The notes beneath the pieces are model-generated. The model saw nothing but the letters and a program-made list of their open reading frames with translations. It did not search any database and was not told where the DNA came from. From Parcubacteria group bacterium GW2011_GWA2_49_9 (lineage in GTDB: Bacteria; Patescibacteriota; Minisyncoccia; Phycocordibacterales; UBA10002): DNA of 53,116 nt. The position numbers and the translations under genes were made by a program. Below are positions 8,961-17,949 of the stretch, piece by piece. The stretch is taken from positions 1-53,116 of the forward strand of contig LCQF01000023.1 of assembly GCA_001004005.1 (NCBI GenBank), given 5' to 3'. Position 1 is the stretch's first letter; each line of letters opens with the position of its first letter.

Positions 8961-9700
8961 ATGTTTGCGATGCTGAAAGTGATTTTTTATGTCCCGCTCT
9001 ACAACGGGCTTATTTTTTTAATCGGGGTCCTTCCCGGGCACTCGGGGGCATAGCGGTCATTCTGTTCACGGTTCTCATTAAACTCCTCCTCTCCCCTCTT
9101 TCACATAAAGCGGCGAAATTTCAACTTGAAATGAAGGCGCACGAAGCTGACCTTAACCGCATTAAGGAACAATTCAAAAACGACAAGCAAGCACAGGGCA
9201 AGGCAATTATGGATTTTTATAGAGAGAAGAAGATTAATCCGTTCGCGGGAATCGCCCCTCTTTTCATACAAATTCCAATCGTTATCGCCCTCTATTATGT
9301 GTTTTATGGCGGAGGTCTTCCGGTAATAGACACAGCTCTTTTATACTCATTTGTCCCTGTGCCAACTCCCGATATGCATCTGTTTGGTGTGAATATACTG
9401 GAAAAGAGTCTCGTTCTCGCCATCCTTGCCGGTGTCGCCCAGTTTTTTCAAGCGCACTTCGCTATGCCCCCCGCTCCGCCGAAGACCAGTACCCCTTCTA
9501 TTGGCAACGACCTCGCCCGAGGGATGCATATGCAAATGAAGTATTTCCTACCGGTATTTATGGCGTTTGTCGCCTACGCCGTGAGTGGAGCAGTTGCACT
9601 TTATTTTATAACCAGTAGTCTGTTTACCATCGCTCAAGAAGTCCTTGTCCGGAGGTCACTTGCGAAGGGGCACAACCATAATGCAAATACCGCGAATTAA
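8961..9700 (+). CDS. yidC: YidC/Oxa1-family membrane insertase, interrupted by a 1-nt frameshift at a G5 run (9044-9048)
   Basis: Frame 0 gives MFAMLKVIFYVPLYNGLIFLIGVLPGHSGA*. Frame 2 continues IAVILFTVLIKLLLSPLSHKAAKFQ...INPFAGIAPLFIQIPIVIALY (ORF 9131..9700). One extra G would fuse them. Confidence 0.8.
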
Positions 9701-9772
9701 GAATGCAAATACCGCGAATCAGAAGGTTCGTATTGGCAGTATTCGCATTCCCTATCCGAAGTATTCGCATTA
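9677..9772. repeat. AATGCGAAT-theme inverted repeat filling the yidC-jag gap
   Basis: cataatgcaaataccgcgaat...gaatgcaaataccgcgaatcag / cgtattggcagtattcgcattc...gtattcgcatta. It also encodes the YidC tail HNHNANTAN. Confidence 0.65.
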
Positions 9773-9778
9773 ACTATT

Positions 9779-10291
9779 ATGGATTCAGAACACATTAAAC
9801 AACTTATTGAAGGACTCTTGAAGCATATGCAGGTCTCGGTGCAGAGCATAGACGTATCCGAGTCGGATGGCCGACAGCGCTTTTCCGTTGTTACTCCCGA
9901 CTCGCACATTCTTATCGGAACTAAAGGGGCGCACCTTTCCGCTCTTAACCATCTCATTAAGAAGATGGTTGCGACCAAAGAAAACGCAAAGAAAGACCCT
10001 TCCGCTTCCCCGCTCTCGTCCGGAGAGGGAGAACGGGAGAAGACGTTTTTCGTTGATGTAAACGGCTATCAAGAAGCCGCGCTTGAGAGTGTCAAAAATG
10101 TAGCCAAAATTATGGGTGACCGCGCCCGTTCGTTCAAGACAAGCGTTGAGCTTGACCCGATGTCTTCATACGAACGAATGGTCATCCACTCTTTCTTTCA
10201 GGACGCAAAAGACGTCAAGACGGAATCGGTTGGAGAAGGAGAGCGGCGCCGAGTGGTCATAAAATACACAGGAGAAGGTTCTAGTTTTTAG
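9779..10291 (+). CDS. jag: Jag/KhpB-type RNA-binding protein (KH + R3H)
   Basis: C-terminal R3H-like LDPMSSYERMVIHSFF. Located after yidC. Contains a short inserted low-complexity segment. Confidence 0.75.
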   Translation: MDSEHIKQLIEGLLKHMQVSVQSIDVSESDGRQRFSVVTPDSHILIGTKGAHLSALNHLIKKMVATKENAKKDPSASPLSSGEGEREKTFFVDVNGYQEAALESVKNVAKIMGDRARSFKTSVELDPMSSYERMVIHSFFQDAKDVKTESVGEGERRRVVIKYTGEGSSF

Positions 10292-10709
10292 GTTCTAGCT
10301 TCTAGTTTGGAGATAAGGGAATAGAGCATCTTCATTACTTCAGTGAGCAACGACTCCACTGCTCCATATGAAAGCTTTGCGGTTTTTGATATTCGTTTTG
10401 CAATTTCTATTTGCGTCTCCAGTTCCGCGGCTGACCCGAGTGCGATGTGGAGAAAGTGGCAAAAATCCTTTTTGGTGCTGCGACAACGACCTTCCGCGAT
10501 GTTTGATGGTATGGAAACAACGGCTCGGCGCATCTGTGAGGTGAGCGCGTATCGTTCTTCATTCGGGAACCCCTCGGTGAGTTCATAAACGAGCACTGAG
10601 AGGTCTATTCCCTTCTGCCACACAATTAAGTCTTTATACGATTTGGCGACAGGCGCATTCATAATCATTTCCCTCTTACTAAAAGCTAGAACCTAAAACC
10701 TAGAAGCTA
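10278..10709. mobile_element. Inverted-repeat-flanked cassette carrying the four-helix-bundle gene (IVS-like)
   Basis: Arms are 10278-10307 (ggttctagtttttaggttctagcttctagttt) and 10679-10709 (ctaaaagctagaacctaaaacctagaagcta). They share the complementary core ttttaggttctagctt. Confidence 0.45.
10288..10668 (-). CDS. Four-helix-bundle protein (23S rRNA intervening-sequence protein family; Avd-like fold)
   Basis: YKDLIVWQKGIDL...EERYALTSQMRRAVVSIPSNIAEG...FLHIALGSAAELETQ matches the hallmark pattern of this family. Confidence 0.8.
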   Translation of the reverse strand: MIMNAPVAKSYKDLIVWQKGIDLSVLVYELTEGFPNEERYALTSQMRRAVVSIPSNIAEGRCRSTKKDFCHFLHIALGSAAELETQIEIAKRISKTAKLSYGAVESLLTEVMKMLYSLISKLEART

Positions 10710-11909
10710 TTCTTTCATCTGCAAACTCCACAACGTCTCGCTTCCCTTGTCTATAAAAACAAGAAATTTTTCATCGGAGCTAACCATCGGACGAACAAGG
10801 TCAATCGGGGAACCGCGTTTCCCGCTGATGTCGGAGATGCGTTCTGTCGTACCCGAGGAAAGAGTGATGCTCCACACCTCGTCGGTAAACGGGATGACTC
10901 CTTGATACCACGAATCGGGATAACTCCCCTGCGGAATAACTTTGGGGACTCCGCAATAAACACGGTCGCCACTCTTCGCGAAAGCGCATTTTTCCGGAAA
11001 GGTTGTGACGGACAGGTCACGCGGTTGTCCGTTCGCGTTGTTAAACAAATGTAAGCTCAATGTGGAATCGGGGCTGGCGGAATACAAGATTTCCGTCTTA
11101 ACCGGACTCATTAAGGCGGTAAGTCCCGGGATACCCCGCAGAAGAATAGAGGTTCCTCCCTGTATCGGGTCAAGCAGAAGGAGCATTCCGTCGGCAAAGG
11201 CGGAAGGTTTAGAGAGTAAGAGAATCTTGTTCTCCGATGGCCAAGAAACAAGCCATTCCTTCATCGGAGACCCCCAGAGTTTTACCCTGTTTCCTCCCGC
11301 AAGGTCACTTCGTATGCCTCCAATACCGTCACTTTCTTCCTGAAGGTAAAAGAGTGAATTTCCCGCGGGGGAAACGGTCATATCGGGAAGTCCGCGAGGC
11401 AAAAAAGTCCCCAGAAGCTGTCCATCTCCCTCCGTTGCGCTTGGTTTAATTTCTGCCGAGAAAGATTCTATGGTTTCCCCTCCCTCTCTCACATAACGGG
11501 AAACAAGAGCTGTTCCGGATTTACTCCAGAGGGCTTCATATACTTTTGAAACCGTGGTATTGGTGAGGCGAATCTCTTCGTCCCCCGCCGCCCCAATCTC
11601 ATACACATTGCCGACAGACCGTTCCTGATATCGGACAATCGCTTCCCCGCTCTTGGTCCCGAGTACCGCACCGGCCACCGGCACCTTTGATAACTGGCGG
11701 AGAATCGGCTCAAATGCCCCCGAGCTTGAAGGAGGAAGGATGGTCGGTGGTTCTGTCGTTGGCGGCAACTCTTCACCCGGGGGCGGAAACTCCCCATCTC
11801 CCCCCGAAGGAAGGGGTGTTGGGCGGAAAAAGAAGTACAGAACAATACCGAGCGCCGTGAGTATGAGCACAAGACCGAGCGCTATGAGGATTTTGGTTCT
11901 TCGGGACAT
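10707..11909 (-). CDS. Membrane-anchored protein: Pro-rich linker plus probable beta-propeller-like ectodomain
   Basis: N-terminal TM (ILIALGLVLILTALGIVLYFFF), PPxx linker, then beta-rich repeats. Last gene of the T4SS-like block. Confidence 0.55.
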   Translation of the reverse strand: MSRRTKILIALGLVLILTALGIVLYFFFRPTPLPSGGDGEFPPPGEELPPTTEPPTILPPSSSGAFEPILRQLSKVPVAGAVLGTKSGEAIVRYQERSVGNVYEIGAAGDEEIRLTNTTVSKVYEALWSKSGTALVSRYVREGGETIESFSAEIKPSATEGDGQLLGTFLPRGLPDMTVSPAGNSLFYLQEESDGIGGIRSDLAGGNRVKLWGSPMKEWLVSWPSENKILLLSKPSAFADGMLLLLDPIQGGTSILLRGIPGLTALMSPVKTEILYSASPDSTLSLHLFNNANGQPRDLSVTTFPEKCAFAKSGDRVYCGVPKVIPQGSYPDSWYQGVIPFTDEVWSITLSSGTTERISDISGKRGSPIDLVRPMVSSDEKFLVFIDKGSETLWSLQMKE

Positions 11910-11915
11910 ATAAAA

Positions 11916-13016
11916 CTATGGGGGACAGGCTGTGGAAGGATTTTCATACCCCCTTCCCGCCGCATAGGTAGCTTTCGTCTGTGGGCATCGTTTATAAAAC
12001 TCCGCTTCTGTTTGTATGGTTTGCATCCGCTTTTCCAAATCCGCAGCTTCCTCCAAGAGGCCGCTTGCCCGAAGCTTAAGCGCATCTTCCGCAACCTTGC
12101 CTTTGGCGGCCTCGATCATCCTCGTGACCACAGCATTGTTTTCCGTCTGATTTTTATTAGCTACCGTTGCTTGAGCGGCAGGCAATCCACCACTCCAAGT
12201 CCACTTAAGCGGGTTTACTAGGTCTGTCACTCCGGAAGGAAGCGAACAAGCTCCCACCCCCTGCACGCATTGCCGTATCTGCGTTCTCATATTTGTGGAG
12301 AGATAATCAACCGCCCCTTCATAACTTCTCACGGTTGTTTCCGCTACCCTTAACTTATTTATTGATTCATTGATTTGTCCCGCCTCCGCCGCGTCTTTAT
12401 AGTCCCCTTCCTCCATCCGCTTTTCAAGCTGTTCAATAGTGTCTTTTATACTCACCGCTTTTTGACTGATAGTTTGGGCGCGTTTCAAGGCATCATCCAA
12501 AAACTTATTGTATGCTTCCTCATTCGACAATGCGGGAACCACCGTCAGCCCCCTCCCCGTCAGCGCCTTCGGCACACGCTCAAACGCGAGGGAGAGGTCC
12601 AAATCCCGCCCGAGCGACGGACTGATTTGGTTCATAAAGATATAGGACGCATACACAATCACCAGCCCCCCCATCGCGCGGAGAATCATCGCCTTTCCCT
12701 CGCTATGTCCTAATATAGAGTCGGTAAAAAGGAGGGTAAATCCGCCGTTGACGATGGAGAAGACAGCGAACAGGCCGGCAAGAGCGACCCCGACATTGTA
12801 AATCGTGCGGAGATAGCGCGGGAAGCAGGTAGGAGCTCTACAAGAGGAGAATGTACCGCCCTGAAAGTCCGGTGAGGTAAATTCAGAACCCCTCACGTCT
12901 ATGGGAGCAAGCGGGACATAGTCAATACCCGTCGCCATAACGGGAGTGGCCGAAAAAGCCCAACCGGAAAAAATGATGACGGTTATGCAAAGGCTGTAGA
13001 GGGTTCGTGTGAGCAT
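11916..13016 (-). CDS. T4SS-pilin-like (VirB2/TrbC-like) membrane protein with a C-terminal coiled-coil extension
   Basis: Signal peptide, a CxxxxC pair (SSCRAPTC), then two hydrophobic helices (VGVALAGLFAVFSIVNGGFTLLF; AMGGLVIVYASYIFMN) in the pattern of T4SS pilins. Confidence 0.5.
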   Translation of the reverse strand: MLTRTLYSLCITVIIFSGWAFSATPVMATGIDYVPLAPIDVRGSEFTSPDFQGGTFSSCRAPTCFPRYLRTIYNVGVALAGLFAVFSIVNGGFTLLFTDSILGHSEGKAMILRAMGGLVIVYASYIFMNQISPSLGRDLDLSLAFERVPKALTGRGLTVVPALSNEEAYNKFLDDALKRAQTISQKAVSIKDTIEQLEKRMEEGDYKDAAEAGQINESINKLRVAETTVRSYEGAVDYLSTNMRTQIRQCVQGVGACSLPSGVTDLVNPLKWTWSGGLPAAQATVANKNQTENNAVVTRMIEAAKGKVAEDALKLRASGLLEEAADLEKRMQTIQTEAEFYKRCPQTKATYAAGRGYENPSTACPP

Positions 13017-13033
13017 GTGAGTGATTTCTTATT

Positions 13034-13156
13034 CCTCCTTTCCTAAAGGAGGTGCCGAGGTCTTCCGAGGCGGAGGATTTAAACACCCCCCCTAGCCCCC
13101 TTTATTAAGGGGGATAAATCCCTCCCCCTAACGGGTACTCCCTTTATGAAAGGGAG
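13034..13156. repeat. GC-rich two-hairpin repeat units (3 hairpin-1 copies)
   Basis: ctcctttcctaaaggag, ccccctttattaaggggg, ctccctttatgaaagggag, and the variable stem ccgaggtcttccgaggcgg. Confidence 0.75.
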
Positions 13157-13191
13157 AATTCCGACTAATCGCGTATGTCCCAATTATACTA

Positions 13192-14226
13192 TTATTGCGC
13201 GGCTCCCGCTTCCCCGGAGTTAAAGTCATTCTTCGCGGGGAACTCTATGGTTAATTTTCGCTCCGCGGCTTGGAACGACTTATTCTCGTCGGTGCTGTGC
13301 GTTTCCAAAAACAAGTCCGAAAAACCCGCGTCGTTTGTGGAGCGGCGAAGCGTTACCACCGAGGTGCTCTGCCCCGAAAGTGGAGCATAGTTTAATTGCC
13401 AGTCATACACGAGGTCTTTAGTTGTTTTGGTGTCCGTCTCAAAATAGTATGGAATCGCGCTGATGCGCAATTCATCGCCGGAAAGAGTGAAGCCGCCCAG
13501 AAGCGCTTTTCCGAACAGAATACCGTAGAGAGGATGTTCTTCATAAAACATAAGCCGCGGAGAAACAGGAACGACGGTAATCGTGGCATCCGCGCTCATC
13601 GTGTGGTCCGGACTTTCAACGGTGACCGAGATTGTTTTTATGTTGACGGGAATTTCACCGCGGAAGACAAACAGATTCTTCCCTTTTCCCGAAGAGTCAC
13701 CAACAACATTGTCCCCCTCTTTCCATGTGTAAATAAGGGAGCTTGCGGGCATAACTGACGCACCTGTTGTAAATGAAGGAATGGCGGCGACAAGAACAGT
13801 TCCCTGATACGGCATCAGCGCCTTTCCCTTGTAGAAGGGAGGAGTATAGCTCCCCGCTTGCCAGAGAAGATTTACTTCAGCGGGGCGAAGAGTCAAGCCT
13901 GTGGAGTAGGTATTTCCGTTTTCACCAAGAGCAATCACGCGGACATCCATTCGCTCTCCGCCCTTTCCCGCGACGACGGTAATTTTCTTTTCCCCGACAC
14001 CTCGCTTTACCACGTTATCATTCACAAACCACGTCACGTCGGAACGATTGAGGTCAATGTTATAGCTTTCCACTGAAATCACCGTCTGTTCCCCCGGGCG
14101 AGGGTGTTCGGGGAAAATAGCCATAGAAAGTTCGGTGCCGACAGAGCCGGATTGAGCAAAAAGGTCACTGGGGGACACAACGAACAGAAGCGTTAGGAAA
14201 AAGGTTACGGTAAGGATTCTGCGCAT
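13192..14226 (-). CDS. Secreted beta-rich protein (Ig-like repeat modules), function unknown
   Basis: Start at MRRILTVTFFLTLLFVVSPSDLFAQ (signal peptide). The 48 aa upstream in the ORF track overlap repeat units. Confidence 0.6.
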   Translation of the reverse strand: MRRILTVTFFLTLLFVVSPSDLFAQSGSVGTELSMAIFPEHPRPGEQTVISVESYNIDLNRSDVTWFVNDNVVKRGVGEKKITVVAGKGGERMDVRVIALGENGNTYSTGLTLRPAEVNLLWQAGSYTPPFYKGKALMPYQGTVLVAAIPSFTTGASVMPASSLIYTWKEGDNVVGDSSGKGKNLFVFRGEIPVNIKTISVTVESPDHTMSADATITVVPVSPRLMFYEEHPLYGILFGKALLGGFTLSGDELRISAIPYYFETDTKTTKDLVYDWQLNYAPLSGQSTSVVTLRRSTNDAGFSDLFLETHSTDENKSFQAAERKLTIEFPAKNDFNSGEAGAAQ

Positions 14227-14292
14227 ACTCACATTATATAGCAAAACCAACCTATCGGCTGTGCACAGGAAGGAAATGGAGAAGTTTCGTCT

Positions 14293-14413
14293 TATCTCCC
14301 TTACCAAAGGGAGCACTGCGTTCTGACGCAGGAGGGTTGTCTGCCACCGTTTGGGCGAGAGGGGAAACAACCCCCGCCGTATCAGAATACGGCACCCCCT
14401 TTGCTAAGGGGGA
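14293..14413. repeat. GC-rich two-hairpin repeat units (one forward, one reverse)
   Basis: tatctcccttaccaaagggagcactgcgttctgacgcaggagggttgt ... aacaacccccgccgtatcagaatacggcaccccctttgctaagggggat. Confidence 0.75.
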
Positions 14414-14459
14414 TAAAATCCATCGGCATCCATGTTTGTTTCGAGTGATAAGAAATGCT

Positions 14460-14702
14460 ATGCTACGAACTATGACCATCATCACGATACCCAAACATTT
14501 GGCACATAAAGACCTTGTGCTTATTCCGCGGGCGGAATATGAGGAAATGAAGCGAGGATACACCCCACGCGTTTTCAAAGAAGTTGCGATGACCAAAACG
14601 CAAAAACGCGAGCTTGATGTCGCGCGGCGGGATTATGCGCGCGGCGACGTAGTTACCCTTGATGTATTACGACGGGATTTGGAGCGTAGAAATTCGCGGT
14701 AA
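14460..14702 (+). CDS. Putative antitoxin of a RelE/ParE-type TA pair
   Basis: 80 aa (MLRTMTIITIPKHLAHKDLVLIPRAEYEEMK...), overlapping the downstream RelE-like ORF. The upstream part of ORF 14337.. is repeat DNA. Confidence 0.55.
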   Translation: MLRTMTIITIPKHLAHKDLVLIPRAEYEEMKRGYTPRVFKEVAMTKTQKRELDVARRDYARGDVVTLDVLRRDLERRNSR

Positions 14703-14931
14703 AGCGCGTAAAGTGTTGAAGAAAATCCCGGCAAAGAACGCCGAGACCATTTTTGACGTAATTGAAAGTTTCAAAACCGATCCATTTAGCGGCGACATTG
14801 AGAAACTCGGAGGAGAAGTCAACGTATGGAGACGGCGCGTAGGCCCCTATCGGATTTTTTACGAAATCTATCAGCACACGCATTCTGTGTACGTGTATTG
14901 GATTGAACGTCGTGGTTCAAACACCTATTAG
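14662..14931 (+). CDS. RelE/ParE-family toxin
   Basis: WSVEIRGKARKVLKKIPAKNAETIFDVIESFKTDPFSGDIEKL...WRRRVGPYRIFYEI...VYVYWIERRG is a typical RelE/StbE layout. Confidence 0.75.
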   Translation: MYYDGIWSVEIRGKARKVLKKIPAKNAETIFDVIESFKTDPFSGDIEKLGGEVNVWRRRVGPYRIFYEIYQHTHSVYVYWIERRGSNTY

Positions 14932-14980
14932 GGAACGCTGCTGAATTACAAGGTCGGACCTTGTAGACTTTGTATAGTGG

Positions 14981-16024
14981 TCACAGAATCTGTTCTCCCC
15001 TTTTTGCCATATCCTCTTCCATTTCCTTTTGTCGCTCCGCCTTTGCCTCCGCCCGCTTCCTCTGCCCCTCCTCTGTCTTCGGAAGCGTATCTTTTCCTTC
15101 CATTGGTTGCGCAAAACCATGCTCTTTCCTGTACTCATCCCGAACTTCCTTCTGGCGTTTCGCTTTTTCTTCGGGGGTACGCTCACGCGAACCTTCCATA
15201 GGTCGCCCAAAACCCTGTTGTTTCATATGGTCATCCAAAACCTCCTTTTGCCGTTGTTGGAACGCCGGATGTACACCCCCACCTTGTTTCTGTGTATTCT
15301 GTGTCTGCGGAGTCTGGCGGAATACCGGTTGCGCCCCGATATCCCCTTCCGGTTTCCTGGTGTTTTGCGTCCCAGCTGGTGGAGTCCCTGCCCCGCCTGA
15401 AGGTGTCTGTGCGGTAGGCGAACCTTGCCCAAGTTGTCTTTGGGCGACGGTCCCTTCCCCTGTGTCCACCCCTGCCCCCAACGGGCTTTGTTCCTCCTTC
15501 CCTTTGGCTTGCTCTGTTTTTTCCTTTTGCAGTCGTTCTTGCGCTTCCCTCGCCCCCTGCTCCACTTCTTTCGCTTTTTCCGCAACCTCCTTCATTTTTT
15601 GCTTATCAGCCCCCAACTTTCCGGCTACGTTAGCCGCCTTCCCGACCACCTTGGCGCCAAGTTCAGTTTTGGTGAGGAGGTCTTCCGCGCGGACGTTAAG
15701 AAAGATAAAGACAACCGCCGCCGTCCATGCGGGCAATGCTCCGAGAAACGGAACAAGTTTAATGAAAAACGCGACCGGGAAGGTTAGGAGGCGTTTCGGG
15801 CTCTTTATGAATGTTACACCGTGGCGTTGGAACCAAAACCAAAAGGTTAAATAGGCGAAGACCGACACAAGAGCGCTTGCAATAAGCGAGGCGGCGTTGC
15901 CGATGGCCGGAATCATATCCAGAAATTTCGCGGCCGCAATGCCCCCATCAAACAAAAGAGCCACGGCAACCATAAGCGCGAGGGTCACAAACGTGAGGGA
16001 AGGTTTTTTTGTTGCGGAAGGCAT
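14981..16024 (-). CDS. Polytopic membrane protein with a K/E/Q-rich C-terminal tail containing two GF(G/A)xPMEG repeats
   Basis: Four predicted TM helices in the first ~130 aa. Low-complexity charged tail. Lies within the T4SS-like block. Confidence 0.6.
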   Translation of the reverse strand: MPSATKKPSLTFVTLALMVAVALLFDGGIAAAKFLDMIPAIGNAASLIASALVSVFAYLTFWFWFQRHGVTFIKSPKRLLTFPVAFFIKLVPFLGALPAWTAAVVFIFLNVRAEDLLTKTELGAKVVGKAANVAGKLGADKQKMKEVAEKAKEVEQGAREAQERLQKEKTEQAKGKEEQSPLGAGVDTGEGTVAQRQLGQGSPTAQTPSGGAGTPPAGTQNTRKPEGDIGAQPVFRQTPQTQNTQKQGGGVHPAFQQRQKEVLDDHMKQQGFGRPMEGSRERTPEEKAKRQKEVRDEYRKEHGFAQPMEGKDTLPKTEEGQRKRAEAKAERQKEMEEDMAKRGEQIL

Positions 16025-16033
16025 GGAAAGGAG

Positions 16034-16128
16034 GAAGCTTCTAGCTATTAGGTTTTAGGTTCTAGGACAGGCAAATCAAACGCGAGGACACTTCTTACTA
16101 GAAGCTAGCACCTAGAAGCTGAAAGCTA
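16034..16128. repeat. CTAGAAS-theme intercistronic hairpin (empty, no gene in the loop)
   Basis: gaagcttctagctattaggttttaggttctagg / ctagaagctagcacctagaagctgaaagcta. It spans from the VirB4 stop codon to 9 nt before the next ATG. Confidence 0.7.
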
Positions 16129-17946
16129 CTGTTTGCCTTCCGCCGCCTTCAATTCTTCTTTTGCCGCTTTGATGGAGAGCAGTTGCGACGGGTCGGAGGT
16201 AATAATTTGGTCTTCCGTATACGAGGCGATAACCTTTATGGCGACATGTTTTAGTCCCACGAAGAATAGTCCCTCCCCCACGTCGGATTCCAAAAGAAGA
16301 TATTTTTCTTCATCAGTCAGGTTGAAAATGGTCTGAAGCTTGTCTACCACCGTGGGCGATTGCTTCAAGAGCATTTGCATAGAGGAGTTGGTGAGAATCG
16401 GGAGCCCATATTGGGACTTAAGGAAGTCATCTACGTCTTGTGTGATGGTGGAAAGACCGAGATAGTATTTACGGCCGCGTTTCGCGAGGCCAAGGAGGAA
16501 CGAGGCCGTATCATCCGACTTCATCATCCACCATGCTTCATCAATGACCATCAGACGTTTTTTGAGCTCCTTCCTGATGGAGTTCCAGATAAAGTGCATC
16601 ACGATATACATCGCCGCCGATTTCAGTTCGTCCTCCATATCGCGCAAGGAAAAGACGATAAAGTTCGCGTTGATGTCCACATTGGACGGCTGGTTGATGA
16701 AACCAGACCACGTGCCATGCGTGTATTTTGAAAGGCGTTGCACCAGACTCTCCCCTCCCTGCATACCGGCAAGGACCAGCTCAAAGTCGGAAAGAAGCGG
16801 CGGTTCAATTTTGGAGAAATCGGAATCGGGAGTGATGTCCTTCAGCGCGTAGGTTTCGGTTATCGCGCGGTCTATAATCCCGTCTTCCTCGGCAGTGAGT
16901 CCGCCGAGGAGAATTCGGAACAGCCCCACCAAGTTGATAATGTTGGAGCGAAGCACGTCCGCGGACGATTCGTCTTCCCGAGGAGCCGCGAGTTCAAACG
17001 GATTGATATGATGCTCGGAATTAAGTGAGATATTGAAATACTTTCCTCCTGTGGCCTCGGCAAGAAATTCATATTCCCGCTCGGGGTCAATAACGATAAC
17101 TTCGGTTCCGAACATAAGAGAGCGCAAAATCTCAAGCTTCGTCATATACGATTTTCCCGAGCCACTTTTAGCGAGCGTAATTGAGTTATAGTTCTCTAGA
17201 CTGAAACGGTCAAACAAGACAAGGGAAGAGTTATGGCGGTTGACCCCGTACAAAATACCCTTGTTAGAGGTGAGGTCAAACGAGATAAACGGAAACACGC
17301 TTGAAAGCGGCGATGAATTGAGCTTGTTGTGTACCATAAGCTCGTCGTTCCCCAAAGGCGACGTGCTTCGAAAACCTTGTTCTTGCTGAAACAGCGCAGG
17401 TTTGATGATAACCAGTTTACTTTCCAAAATGGATTTGATTTCATTTTCCGTCTTGTCCAGCTCTTCTTCGGTTGCGGCATAGATAGTGAGATAAATCCCG
17501 ACATCAAACAGCTTTTCCTGCGCCTGCAGGAGGTCGTCGCGAAGCCGCTCCAAGTCCTGGTAGGCCGTTTCAAGCATTGGGTCGCGCACCAGCCCTTTTT
17601 TCTCGCGGTCGGCCATCTGGCTCTGCACCTCGGCGACTTTTTTCTGAAATTGCTTCAGCACTTTCGCGGTGTCCACCGGGTGTACGAAAATACTGATATC
17701 AAACACCTTATCCAGATTGATAATGGGAGCAAACCAACCCTCGGTAAGGTAGCGGGGATATGAAATGACGAAAAAGGTACGAGTGAACTTCCCGCTGACA
17801 TTTAAAGATTTTGGCGCGACCTTAAGCGCCGCGGGAGCGATGACGTCCTGCAGTTCAAGCTGACCCGACTGATAAATCTCCTGCGGCAAGAATTCCGACA
17901 AGTCCTTGTCGTTTTTTTTGGGTTTTAGGAAATCAAATAGCCCCAT
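16126..17946 (-). CDS. virB4: VirB4/TrsE/TraE-family type IV secretion ATPase
   Basis: Walker A LAKSGSGKSY, Walker B RLMVIDEAWWMM, LSTITQDVDDF. N-terminal ISYPRYLTEGWFAPIINLD pattern typical of Gram-positive-type VirB4. Confidence 0.85.
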   Translation of the reverse strand: MGLFDFLKPKKNDKDLSEFLPQEIYQSGQLELQDVIAPAALKVAPKSLNVSGKFTRTFFVISYPRYLTEGWFAPIINLDKVFDISIFVHPVDTAKVLKQFQKKVAEVQSQMADREKKGLVRDPMLETAYQDLERLRDDLLQAQEKLFDVGIYLTIYAATEEELDKTENEIKSILESKLVIIKPALFQQEQGFRSTSPLGNDELMVHNKLNSSPLSSVFPFISFDLTSNKGILYGVNRHNSSLVLFDRFSLENYNSITLAKSGSGKSYMTKLEILRSLMFGTEVIVIDPEREYEFLAEATGGKYFNISLNSEHHINPFELAAPREDESSADVLRSNIINLVGLFRILLGGLTAEEDGIIDRAITETYALKDITPDSDFSKIEPPLLSDFELVLAGMQGGESLVQRLSKYTHGTWSGFINQPSNVDINANFIVFSLRDMEDELKSAAMYIVMHFIWNSIRKELKKRLMVIDEAWWMMKSDDTASFLLGLAKRGRKYYLGLSTITQDVDDFLKSQYGLPILTNSSMQMLLKQSPTVVDKLQTIFNLTDEEKYLLLESDVGEGLFFVGLKHVAIKVIASYTEDQIITSDPSQLLSIKAAKEELKAAEGKQ

Positions 17947-17949
17947 AAT

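Noticed and set aside
10288-10668. The four-helix-bundle (Avd-like) gene as a marker of a diversity-generating retroelement.
   Set aside because: No reverse transcriptase ORF and no template/variable repeat pair with adenine-specific differences are visible anywhere in the window.
14970-15854. Long antisense ORFs in the track, for example 14970..15854 (+), 22498..23169 (+), 22671..23195 (+), 23508..24455 (+), 23827..24549 (+), 27805..28665 (+) and 30837..31538 (+).
   Set aside because: They are shadow ORFs opposite K/E-rich or otherwise biased genes. Their composition is implausible (Ser/Phe/Cys/Arg-rich), they have no motifs, and they fully overlap better-supported minus-strand genes.
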